From: Fimicolochytrium jonesii
Lineage: Eukaryota
DNA: 64,000 bases
Direction: 5' to 3'
Assembly: GCF_025526975.1 (NCBI RefSeq)
Contig: NW_026515699.1
Coordinates: 62,001-126,000 of the forward strand
Of the stretch, positions 50,851 through 61,740 are shown piece after piece (position 1 is the first letter of the stretch; every line of letters starts with the position of its first letter). A program made the translations under genes and the position numbers. A model generated the notes under the pieces. It was not told where the DNA came from. It ran no database searches and saw only the letters and a program-made list of their open reading frames with translations.

Positions 50851-51496
50851 ACGAGCGGGCCTTCGGAATGCCGGCGGGCATGAACGCAGAGTTGTGTAAG
50901 AAAGGCTTGCTCTTGTCGGTCATCGAGTTCGCCCCCGACCGCGGATAGAGCCCGGCGGTGAGCTGCTGGTTTTGGGCAAGACGTACTTTCGAGAGAGCCG
51001 CCAATTCGCGCGAGTAGGCAACGCTGCGTCTTTATCTTGGTTCACAGCGCGAGCCCCTACTTCTTCGTCTCCGTCCTCCCTATCCTGCGAGCTTGACGGA
51101 ATCTGCATGTTCCTAGGCGTTACGACGGTAGTTGCTATGTTGCGTAGTGGGCGAGAGACCTTGGGCCAAAGCAATGCTCTGTCCAGTACGGTGTGGTGGG
51201 TAAGCCAGTGACCACTGGACAATATATACCACACTACAACGTCCTGCCTACTGCCGTAGCTTCCCAATTGAACAGTGACCGCTTGGTTCAATGAGATCAG
51301 AATGCAAGGGGATGTGGGAGTTGGCTACGGCGGGAGTTGGCGAAGGGCAACGGATTGGTGGAACGAGGAGGAGAAACTTGCGGGGACGGTCCTGGGGTGG
51401 TAGGGCTATGGTTATTCTACGTTGTTGGTGATGCTACCTTGTGATGGACAACTAAAGAAGAAGGGAGTTGGATCCTGAGTTGAACCCTGGGGAATA

Positions 51497-52900
51497 CACT
51501 GCGGCCCAAATGAAATCAGAACGGCGCGTTACATAAATGGGGATAACCGTGGATAACCGTGAAATACTCGCTGTTCATACAGATAACACCATCAACTGCG
51601 GTTACGGACATTACTTTCCGTGTACCGTTTCCGGCATATGTAGTCTATTCCCCAGTAAAGGCATAACGTTGGTAACGCCCAAAAACTCCCGTTACCATTT
51701 CAACGTGCGGTCTTTCACAATCTGGTTTGGCATAGTCGATTCTTGCTCTCTCTGCAGACGTGCAGGCAACGAGTTCAATTCCCACTCCCAGACAAATTTT
51801 GATCAATTCAGATTATGACTCAAGCATGTAGAGAGATGCGAGCAGCGATCACGAAATGCCCACCGACAAGGCGACATACAGTACTTCTGCATATACAATG
51901 CCCAATATGCCAGACCAGGGTCAGATGCTCGTCGTACAGCCAGTTTACAAGAACGCATTACAAAACACACTTTGGTGTGCCCCGGTCTGCCCCTGGACAT
52001 GGACAACGCCAACGAAGCCCGTTCCTCGCGCCGACAGTGATGGTGGCAGTGAAAATGGGGGTGGATCTGTTGAAGGAGATGGGGGCTTCGATGTGCATCT
52101 GGATCTGGATCTCTTCTCTCCCACTGCCGGCCCGATGGTGCGCGACGTTTCTGGATGCCGCAGCGGGTTCACTTGCTTGTCTCGGAACCCCACCTACCAG
52201 TTCGTCGTGCACCCGGGATGTGCGGGGAGGGCGGGGATGGGGTCGGGATCACATCAGTCGTCATCTTGTGATTCTAGTCGGTCAGACGAACAACATCAGG
52301 CTGCTCAAGAGGATTGGGATGACGAGCGGCGGGGTAACGAGTGGGATGACGAGCGGGATGACGAGCGGCGGGATAACGAGCGGGATGACGAGCGGGATGA
52401 CGAAGATGGGCCAGAGTATTGGCCGTTTGAGGAGGATTACGATGCCGAGGACGATCGTGAGATTGAAGATGCCATGCAGATGTTGGATCTGGACGGAAAT
52501 GGGGATAGAGAGTTGGACGATGTTGACGACTTGCCACCCCCCCCCCCCCGCCACCACCCTTTTGGCCCATCACCGAACCACCAAGGGTGAATATACCAGA
52601 GGGAGATATGACATTCCTTGAGTTCCTCCACCACAGTCGGAGGTGGCAATGGACACGCGAAGAGCACACTCAATTCTTCCAATTGCGGTGGGCGCGGCAA
52701 GCGGTGGCGGCCATGGAACTCCAAGGTGGCACTTCGATACCTACAAACCAGAAGACCGCAATCCGCCGCGCATGGCGACTTCTGTCCAACATTGATCGAG
52801 TGGCACACGTTCACGGATGTTCTTGTCGGGATCATAGGTGTGATGAGGAAAATACCATGTCGATTGTCCGAGAGTTGCGTCGAACTTGAGGTGAGGATAC
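51497..52900 (+). mobile_element. Possible CACTA/EnSpm-like element 5' part (CACTG start, C2H2 finger, Cys-rich transposase-like N-terminus), degenerate
   Basis: CACTG at about 51497 is followed by short TAACCG/CGGTTA repeats, then QCPICQ...HYKTH, an acidic DDER repeat, and HVHGCSCRDH...YHVDCP. No matching right TIR or catalytic core was found. Confidence 0.25.
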
Positions 52901-54131
52901 CGAAGCTAGTGAGGCAGCGACGGGTGTTTGCCTCCTGCCATAACGCGACAGGAGGATGTTGATCACAACGACCGTCTCGCACCGCAGGATGCCCGTTCAA
53001 TCGCTGTGTCGACACTACTTCTCTAAAGCTCTTTCGCCTCGATCTGACGCGAGATGTTCTTTGGCCGGCTAGGGTTTCCTGGACTTTTGTTTGCGAGCGC
53101 CCGGAAGCTTTCAGTGGAAACCGGAACGCTGGCCAGGCAAACTCCATTGCACGACGACGAACGTTCATCCGTTTAACCTGCGCGAAATCGATTTCTGCAT
53201 CACCGTAGATGATATCAAGGCGGGTGGCGCCGAACGCAAGAAACAAAGTACCCGGTCTTCCGTCTAGGGCATGCGCATAACTGGGAAATGGCTCAGGCAT
53301 CAACAAGATGTACCGCATCTTCTCTTCCGCACCCGGACGAGGCGCTCCTCAGTGGATGGGATTTCCCTGGAATCGCTTGAACTGGTTGGGCTAGGTCTCT
53401 ACACCTTACGATCGGAGTGAACCTGCGGAACATTCGGCATCGCGTCGCGCATGAGGACGTCGGAGTAAATGTCAGGCACATTGGAAACTCGTGGGACATC
53501 AATGCCTACACATCTCCGCAACCGGCGACGTTTGAGGCGCAATCAGTCAATACAGTCACATCACTGCGAGGCAAGACTGAGTTGGAGAAAGCGGGTGCGC
53601 GACGACTCCGACTGTCCGATCCCGGGCATTAACCGCCGACAAGACCGTCACGATCACGGCCAAGACACTTCAAGTGGAGATCATGGACCAGAACCAGAGG
53701 GCTTCATCTGAATATATCGCTACAATGTGCTCCCACTATCTATGTATGTAATTCAAGCACAAGTTTGAAGTTGAAGCTATTCCACGCATCGAAAATACCT
53801 GGATGATGTCAACGTTGATTCATCAAACTTCAATTTTTCGACTCTACTAACTAGCACTTTCAAGAAAAGGTCCAGGGCGCCTATAATGACCCATGAGAAT
53901 CTTTTGACGTTCGACCGGAGAAGGAGGATAGCAATCGGACGGAGACGGGAGAACTAGATGAACCGTTTGCATAAGTAGCGGTCATCCAAGAACGGAAGGG
54001 GACGAGGACGAACGGGTGTTTCGATAAACTTATTGCCCGGGGTTGTGAGTATGATGGGGATTGTTTAGCTAGGGTTAGCGTTATATCCCGACAAACTGGA
54101 TATAAGGGTTTATACGGCAACGGAGAGGAAT

Positions 54132-54200
54132 GGGTTAGGGTTAGGGTTAGGGTTAGGGTTACGGTTGACGGTTAAAGTTATTCTGCGGTTAGGGTTAGGA
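54132..54200 (+). repeat. Interstitial telomere-like (TTAGGG)n tract
   Basis: gggttagggttagggttagggttagggttacgg, plus a further ggttagggttagg. Confidence 0.9.
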
Positions 54201-54254
54201 AATGACCCACAGATGCCAGGTGTCTTCCTCTTCGCGAACCGCCGTGGACCCTCA

Positions 54255-55215
54255 CGATCGCATGGCGGTTATCCGGTATCATAGCGCACAGCGAGGCCTA
54301 TCGCAGGCGGCTATCGACATCACGCTCCGGTTCCTTGCGAACAACGCCAATCACAACTCCATTTGGAGTATATAAGTACGCTGGTGTATACGACAACACC
54401 TTGATCCCGTCCGCGCCGGCTATTCATCGATTCTGAACTTCCTCACCGACGTTCACTCCGAAAAACGACTCGCCGTCCGAACCCTAAAAGGCTACCGGTC
54501 AGCGATCGCAAACACACTCCAACAGGTCACCGGTGACGACACACTGATCAGCACCTCGCCGGATATACATACAACGTTTTTTCAGAGGTCTCGCACGTTC
54601 GACCAAGCCCACCGAAAAGGCATCCAAAACCATTTGGGACCCGGCGACGCTCTGGCAACACATCGCTCGCCGCCCGCGGCTCAACACGCTCGAATGGCTC
54701 TCCTCGCAGCTCGCTGTCGTTGTCATGCTCACCATGAAGTGTCGCCTCAATCACCTCGCGACACTTGTTCATGCACGTACCATCATCACCGCCCACTCGC
54801 TCAAACTCCGCACGCGACGACCCAAGGAATGGCGTCCCAACCACTCGCATGATGCCACAGTCTTCGAACAAGGCGACTACCGCGTAATCGACGTTCCTCG
54901 CATCAAACACACGCCGAACCTCGATGTCGTTGAGCTCTACAACTCCCTCATCGCCATCCAGGGCACTCGCCGCGACGGCATCCCGGAAATCTTCATAAAC
55001 CGGTACCAGAATTCACGAATGTCCGCCGGAACCATTAGCCACCTCGTCGACGCCGTACTCAGAGCCGCCGGGATCGACGACGAGTTCACACCAAAATCCA
55101 TCGCCCACGCCGTCACAACTGCACAAACTCGCAGCGGACTCAGCGAAGAAACGATCAAGAAGGGGCGTTGGGTACCCAATTCCAGGGTGTGTCAAACGCA
55201 TTATACCATCGGCAT
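54255..55215 (+). mobile_element. DIRS-type retrotransposon tyrosine recombinase remnant
   Basis: IAWRLSG (typical end of the DIRS pol ORF), then a core-binding domain ILNFLTD...LAVRTLKGYRSAIANT, QRFFRGL...IWD, and a catalytic domain KCRLNHL, RRPKE, LRAAGID...PKSIAHA, GRW, THY. One stop and one frameshift lie upstream. Confidence 0.8.
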
Positions 55216-55565
55216 TGACGACCTGTACGCCGAGGCATCCTCCTCCGAAGACGAGCGCACCTACGACGAATTCCTACGCGACATGGCATCGAACGCGGCT
55301 TCCTCTTCATCGACAAATAAGCAACCTCCGAATGGAGTCCATTGTGCTCTGGACGAGGAACGTAGTCCTCTAGAGTCTATGGACGAGGAGGAGGTTACAG
55401 CTGTACAGTCTCGGCCTTACAGCCTTCACCGTCGGACTTACAGCCTTCAGCGCGCGTGGGCAGGGTTAGGGTTAGTGGCCGAGCGCAGGACGTGAGCAGA
55501 CAAATTCCAGACCGCCGAGACCGAGCTCCTTCTTACAATTGCGCACAATTGCGCACACTTCCACC

Positions 55566-55830
55566 GCGGCAATGTACGCCTCCCAATGGTTCCTCACCCT
55601 CTACACCTACAATTTCCCTCTCTCATTCGTCTTCCGCATTTTCGACATAATCTTCGCCGAAGGAGCGATCGAAACAATTCTACGCTTCAGCATCGCGATA
55701 TTGAAGAAGAACGAGCCGCTATTGCTGAAAGAGGAGGAGTTTGAGAATGTTTTGGATGTGTTGAAGGGCGACCGGTTGTTTGCGGCGTATAATAATGACG
55801 CCGAGGCGGTGGTGCAGGATATAGCAATGG
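55566..55830 (+). pseudogene. Orphan fragment of a TBC-domain Rab GTPase-activating protein (GYP5/EVI5-like)
   Basis: AMYASQWFLTLYTYNFPLSFVFRIFDIIFAEGAIETILRFSIAILKKNEPLLL..EFENVLDVLK is the C-terminal TBC subdomain. The upstream TBC motifs are absent. Confidence 0.8.
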
Positions 55831-56100
55831 AATATGTGCGACCAGCGTTGAGCGACCAGCGATTCTGCGCGCGTTGAGCGTGAGGAGCGGGGAACGAGGC
55901 AGGCAAGGCATTGGCATTGGGCTTTCGTCCACAGAGCACATGCCCTCAAGTTGTTAAGCAAGAAGCCAATTTTTCCAAAGTAGTTGTAATAGACACAGAT
56001 ATTATGTAGATATCTACATATTAGACAAAGCAATTGATACCGCACTAAGATTGCCACGCCGATATTGAACGGCATCCTACTCCGCCATCCTACTCTGCCT

Positions 56101-58023
56101 TCATGCCTTCATCGCATCCTCCAGCTTCATTGCATCCTCCAGCTTCATCGCATCAATAAACTTCCTCTCCTCCTTCTCAGATTTCATCTCCTCGAATTTG
56201 ATCTCCAGGTATTCCATTTTCATCTTCTTTGCCGGTTTTCTGTTCTCCTTCCAATTCCTACACTTCTTCTCTATCTTACACAGCCCCTTCTCGTCCAACC
56301 GCATATGTTTTCCATCCCCCACGCAAATTTCAGCAGGCTGAGGCCAGTGGGCACCCACAATCTCCGTGGCGAGGTCCCCGTCCAGCTTCCGGTGGTGGAA
56401 ATTCTCAAACCCCTCCAATCCCAGCTGAAACACCTTCTGGTGGGTAAACTGCAAGAATGCATACCGGTAATCTGACTCATCTGCGGCCCAGCTCTCAACG
56501 AAGTGCTCAAGAGCCTGGCTGCGAATAAGCAAAATATCCCCAGGTCGATAAGGTAGCATGATGTTGAGATCCGGAAGGCAGAATCTGCCACGGCCCTCGG
56601 GAAACTTTCCAAAGCAGCACATCGGTGCCCAGCCGTAGGGGATGTCGCGGCGATCATGATGAGGACCAACCTGGTAGTTCGAGATGAGCACGTTCATAGC
56701 GATGACCCTTGGCGCCTTTGTTCGGTCCCAGAAATGCGTCAAGTCTGGGCGGAGGTGAATCATTGATTGGATGAGACGGTAATGGTGAATCGGGTCGATC
56801 AGACGAAGTGCTTCTCCGAGTAGCCAGTTGACGCGCTCGACGAAAGGATCTCGCGTAAAGAAGTAGGTTCCGTATTGGGATGCAGCGGAATCTGTACATT
56901 CGCGAGAAATCATGACGTTGCCCAGTTGTGTCTGCCAGACCCCGTGGTGGACGGTATACTTTCGACCGCTGACCTCGACGCCATCCGGAGGCATATGACG
57001 ATGGCGAACATCCTTCAAATGCGTTCCCGTAGCCTCCTCCTTTTTCTCTGCCTGACTGTTGTCAAGAACAGCCTTTGCTTTCTCAAACCCGTCCTGCCAT
57101 TTTCGCCCTATCATATCCGGCAGGAACAAAAACAATGGCACCCCTACTCGGTCGACCCCGATGGCTGGGTGACGCCCACTTTCCAGTTCTACCAGACCTT
57201 CAACACTCGACTGGGTACAGTCAGCATTCTTTGGGCTCACAGCAAGCTCCGTCAACAACTTGTCGAAAATCCAAATATTGTCTGTGGCCACATCGTATTG
57301 TTGGCATAGATATTCGCGCATATCCCGGGAGAACAGGACCGACGTGTCCATTTCGGGAAGGGCAGGCCCGGAGGGGATCTTCCTGGGTTTGGTTTTGCCT
57401 TGTGCAGTGGGATCGAGGTAGACGTCGGCGTCGCCCTCGTCGTCGGCGGTGTTCATCTCTTTCGCTCGGTGGGGACGTCGCGGGCGAAGGCGTTTACGGA
57501 TGTCATCATCATCGACGACGACTTTGGGTGTTCCGGTCATAGTGATACATCCAGGGAGTACACCTCCTCCACTAGCGCTCGCATTGCCGTCGCCGTTGCC
57601 GTTGCCGTTGGCATCACCACCTCCTCCACCTCCGTTGCTGTCGCCATCTCCTCCACCATCTCCTCCACCATCCCCTCCACCATCCCCTCCACCATTGCCC
57701 TGGCCGTTACCGTTCCCGTCGCCATTGTTATCACCACCTCCTCCACCATCCCCTCCACCATCCCCTCCATCATCTCCTCCACCCCCACCCCTTCCATCTC
57801 CTCCACCATTTCCTCCATCGTTGCCGTCACCATTGCCGTCCCCATTGCCATTTCCATTGCCTTTGCCGGTCCCTCCACCGCTCCCTTCTCCCAAGGCGGC
57901 GCCGGCTCCGTCACCATTGTTGTTCCGCCTCCGAGTGACGGGCGGACGACGGGTGCTGGAGCTGGAGCTGGATGCACCTAGCAGTCGACGCGCAGTGGCT
58001 GCCTGGCTTTCGGGGCAGCCCAT
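56101..58023 (-). CDS. TET/JBP-family 2-oxoglutarate/Fe(II) dioxygenase with a Gly/Asn/Asp-rich N-terminus
   Basis: 640-aa open frame containing VHHGVWQ, N...GPHHDRRD (HxD), GWAPMCCFGKFPEGRGRFCLPDLNIMLPYRPGDILLIRSQALEHFVESW (distal His) and YRYAFLQFTH (2OG-binding Arg). A CTGAC...CAG acceptor just upstream of the ATG suggests a further 5' exon. Confidence 0.8.
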   Translation of the reverse strand: MGCPESQAATARRLLGASSSSSSTRRPPVTRRRNNNGDGAGAALGEGSGGGTGKGNGNGNGDGNGDGNDGGNGGGDGRGGGGGDDGGDGGGDGGGGGDNNGDGNGNGQGNGGGDGGGDGGGDGGGDGDSNGGGGGGDANGNGNGDGNASASGGGVLPGCITMTGTPKVVVDDDDIRKRLRPRRPHRAKEMNTADDEGDADVYLDPTAQGKTKPRKIPSGPALPEMDTSVLFSRDMREYLCQQYDVATDNIWIFDKLLTELAVSPKNADCTQSSVEGLVELESGRHPAIGVDRVGVPLFLFLPDMIGRKWQDGFEKAKAVLDNSQAEKKEEATGTHLKDVRHRHMPPDGVEVSGRKYTVHHGVWQTQLGNVMISRECTDSAASQYGTYFFTRDPFVERVNWLLGEALRLIDPIHHYRLIQSMIHLRPDLTHFWDRTKAPRVIAMNVLISNYQVGPHHDRRDIPYGWAPMCCFGKFPEGRGRFCLPDLNIMLPYRPGDILLIRSQALEHFVESWAADESDYRYAFLQFTHQKVFQLGLEGFENFHHRKLDGDLATEIVGAHWPQPAEICVGDGKHMRLDEKGLCKIEKKCRNWKENRKPAKKMKMEYLEIKFEEMKSEKEERKFIDAMKLEDAMKLEDAMKA

Positions 58024-58165
58024 TGCTGCGGGAGAATGAAGGGCGGGAGAATGAAGGGTCAGTGTCTTTTCTCATGCAATTCCTGTGGAGAAAGACACGC
58101 CGGACTACCTGTTGGGGGTGTATGTATTACAGGTGTTGTAGGTGATTGCCGTGATTTCTATTCTA

Positions 58166-58500
58166 TGGCTGCAAAGCAGACAGAGCCCTACGGTGAAATG
58201 TTTGGCGTCCCGTACGGGGGAAGAAAAGGTTCTTATCTCCCCCATCAGCCCCTGCGCCCTGCGGCGTGACGTGAATCTAGCTCCACGTGGGGGTTAGGGT
58301 TAACGGCGGTCGTCGAAGGCGTGAGGTTCGTAGAAGTTAGAACGCCTGTCATGTTCCCTGCACCACCTACATATAAGTCTGTACCAACACGCAATGTCTT
58401 CGCGATTCGGGTTAACCCTAACCCCCTCCTGACATTCCTCTAAGGCAGAGACTACCCACTGGCTAGTAAGGATAACGGCATTGCAGGGGCTTTGCAGCCA
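58166..58500. mobile_element. MITE-like element, 335 bp, with perfect terminal inverted repeats and TA flanks
   Basis: TA|TGGCTGCAAAGC ... GCTTTGCAGCCA|TA; the inverted match is 15 bp including the flanks. It sits inside a repeat that is contiguous at 44140-44260 and contains TTAGGG/CCCTAA units. Confidence 0.7.
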
Positions 58501-58718
58501 TAGCGGCATCCCGCCTACGGCGGCTCCCAATGATAGGTGTGTGTCAAAAAACTCGCGTCAGTGAGTGCTGTGGTAATGGAGCTGAGAGCGGTGAGGAATT
58601 GCGGTTGTTACCTGGTGGTGGTTAGCGAAAGGAGGTGTTATAAAGATGCTTACTGACGTTGCGTTGCGAAGGGGGAAGTGCCTAAAGTGGGCAAGAACTT
58701 CGATACCGTGCTTGTCAT

Positions 58719-58820
58719 GGGATTAGGGTTGGGGATTAGGGTTGGGGATTAGGGTTACCACCGGGTTAGGGTTGTGAGGTTTGGGGATTAGGGTTGATAG
58801 CCCAAACCGGGTTAGGGTTG
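58719..58820 (+). repeat. Degenerate telomere-like array (GGGATTAGGGTTG)n
   Basis: gggattagggttg repeated three to four times, plus gggttagggttg units. Confidence 0.85.
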
Positions 58821-58849
58821 CCAAGGTAATGGCTAAGAGCCTTCCACTT

Positions 58850-60600
58850 CATCTGGCCAAACCCTCCGCAGGTACAGTACACTCTGCGTGTGAAAGGTAC
58901 CGAATGTCCGGTACCGCACTTCTGGCCAGCCCTGGCCAGACAACACGGCTGCAAATGAACCATAGGAATCTGATTTATATACACTTCTAACCAGACCATC
59001 TGGCCAGACCGTCACGTCAAAATGCACCGAATATCCGGTACTGCACTTCTGGCCAGACCTGCACTTAGAGCCTTCTGGACCGAGGCTACAAGGCCGGCAC
59101 GTGCGCATCGTCGGGCAGAACACCTTTTTCCTCCAGCATCTCAGCATTTCAAGACCAAGATTCCGTGGCCCATTCCCCAGATTCCGTTGCTCATTCCCCA
59201 TTACACTAGAAGAAGTTATGACCACTGCCGGCACGGCCAGGCGTGGTATTCACTGCCGGCACGGCCAGGCGTGATTGTTAACTATCTTCTGGTGAATGGT
59301 GAATGGTGAATGGTGAATGGTGAAGCGACCTCGGCTCTCGTTTAGACTCTCGCTCCACAACCGATGAACAGTTATGACCACTGCCGGCACGGCCAGGCGT
59401 GGTATTCACTGCCGGCACGGCCAGGCGTGATTGTTAACTGGGCGTCTGGTGAATGGAGCTCGCGCTCAGAGCACGTACGAACCAGCGTAGTTCAGCCCCT
59501 CCAAAACCAGTAGAAAAAGTTATGACCACTGCTAGAGGGTGATGTAGCTAGAGGGTGAGAAGACCACACCATTATCCCTCCCCCTATTTGCGATTGCTTT
59601 TCTTTTCGTTTTTCTTTAACCAATATACGTTGATATCCCGAGCTTTGCCTCGTCTATTCTCCGCGACGCCGTCGGGGGAACGATTTTCGCCCCACGCTGT
59701 ACTAGTCAGCCCTCAATGGATTTTGGGGAGAAATTCGTCCCCCGCACGTCAAACCGGGAATTGCCTGGGGACCGTGTCGCCGCGACGCCGTCGGGGGAAC
59801 GATTTTCGCCCCACGCTGTACTAGTCAGCCCTCAATGGATTGCGTATTGCACATCTCGCAACGTATTGCACATCTCGCAACCAACTTTCCAGATTATATG
59901 TCTGGAAGAAGGGAAGGAGATACTTCAAGTTTCGCGCGTCAGAAAATCGCCCCAAGTTTCCAATTCCGAAGAATTGCAACGAGGAGGGATTTTTTGAGCA
60001 GCATCATATCATCATATCATCATATCATCATATCATCATATCATCATATCATCATATCATTTCATCATGTTTTCTGCCTTTGTTTTAAAAAAATAGTTTG
60101 TCTACCCTCCGAAGAGGAGTAGCTACCGGGTTCACGGTCACTTTGCCTTGATACAAGATGCCCAACTCACCAACATTGTTGCGGCCGATACTTTCCTCTC
60201 CATAGAGGGGTGAGTCTTCCGTACAGCGGCAGAGCAACACCGTCGTCCATCCTCACCAGAAAGACGGATCTTTCTCAAATATGACCACAACAACAACCGG
60301 GTCGCTGGGGTGAAGGGGGGATATGCGGATTCAGTAACACCACCGTTCGATCGCAATATTGCCTCTCCATAGAGGGGTGAGTTTTCCGTACAGCGGCAGA
60401 GCAACACCGTCGTCCATCCTCACCAAGAAAGATCACCTTTCAACAATATTGAAGAACGTGGGTCGCTGGTGTGAAGGGGTGATTCAGTACAATCGCAATA
60501 TTGCCTCTCCATAGAGGGGTGAGTTTTCCGTACAGCGGCAGAGCAACACCGTCGTCCATCCTCACCAAGAAAGAGCACCTTTCAACAATATTGACAAGAA
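58850..60600. repeat. Cluster of local duplications and microsatellites
   Basis: A ~70-bp duplicate at 59214/59370, (GGTGAAT)n at 59291, a ~60-bp duplicate at 59661/59780, (ATCAT)n at 60003-60065, and a ~65-bp core (cctctccatagaggggtgag...catcctcacca) three times at about 60195, 60362 and 60504. Confidence 0.85.
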
Positions 60601-60635
60601 CATCCGATGGAACAGGGCCGACGAACCGCTTGAAA

Positions 60636-61740
60636 GAGGAGTGCCGACGAAGGTGTGATGCGCGTAGACGAGGAGTGCCGACGAAGGTGTGATGCGCGTA
60701 GACGAGAAGTGCGTAGACGAGAAGTGCCGACGAAGGTATGATGCGCGTAGACGAGGGGTGCCGACGAAGGTGTGATGCGCGTAGAAGAGGGCGCGTAGAC
60801 GAGGAGTGCCGACGAAGGTGTGATGCGCGTAGAAGAGGAGTGCCGACGAAGGTGTGATGCGCGTAGAAGAGTAGTGCCGACGAAGGTGTGATGCGCGTAG
60901 AAGAGGAGTGCCGACGAAGGTGTGATGCGCGTAGAAGAGGGCGCGTAGAAGAGGAGTGCCGACGAAGGTGTGATGCGGGAGACGAAGATATGATGCGCGT
61001 GGACGAGAAGTGCCGACGAAGAGGACTGCCGGTGAGCGCGTAGGTAGAGAAAGTTTGCCGGGAAAGAGGAGTGCCGATGAGCGCGTAGGTAGAGAAGGCT
61101 TGCCGACGATAGGTATGATGTGCGTAGACGAGAATGTTGCGCGTAGATGAGGAGTGCCGAAGAAGGTATAACCGCGTGAAAGAGGAGTGCCGATGAAGTT
61201 ATTTGGAGCGTGTACCGATATCGTATGAGAGTAGTTGCCGAGAAGAGAGCTTGAGCGTGTTAAGCGTGTGAAGCGTGTGAAGCGTGTGAGGCGTGTGTTG
61301 CGGGATGAAGAGAAGTGCCGATGCAGGTATAAACGCGTAGACGAGGAGTGCCGATGAAGTTATTTGGAGCGTGTACCGATATCGTATGAGAGTAGTTGCC
61401 GAGAAGAGAGCTTGAGCGTGTGAAGCGTGTGAAGCGTGTGAAGCGGGATGAAGAGAAGTGCCGATGCAGGTATAAACGCGTAGACGAGGAGTGCCGATGA
61501 AGTTATTAAGCGTGTACCGATATCGTATGAGAGTAGTGCGCGAGAAGAGAGCTTGAGCGTGTGAAGCGTGTGAAGCGTGTGAAGCGGGATGAAGAGAAGT
61601 GCCGATGCAGGTATAAACGCGTAGACGAGGAGTGCCGATGAAGTTATTAAGCGTGTACCGATATCGTATGAGAGTAGTGCGCGAGAAGAGAGCTTGAGCG
61701 TGTGAAGCGTGTGAGGCGTGTGTTGCGGGATGAAGAGAAG
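60636..61740. repeat. Satellite-like array: 34-bp monomers grading into 141-161-bp higher-order units
   Basis: gaggagtgccgacgaaggtgtgatgcgcgtaga(c/a) occurs about 9-10 times. Larger units start at 61182, 61343, 61486 and 61627 and retain the gaggagtgccga core. Confidence 0.92.

Noticed and set aside
52437..53318. 293-aa minus-strand ORF
   Set aside because: No recognisable domain, no ATG start, and half of it overlaps plus-strand coding-like remnants.
54132..54200. A true chromosome end
   Set aside because: Only four to five repeat units, with complex sequence continuing on both sides.
57400..58039. Proline-rich (extensin/formin-like) plus-strand ORFs
   Set aside because: They are antisense shadows of the Gly-rich repeat in the TET/JBP ORF.
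60190..61740. CRISPR-like repeat-spacer array
   Set aside because: The sequences between repeat cores are themselves homologous or absent, so there are no unique spacers. No cas genes are present and the context is eukaryotic.
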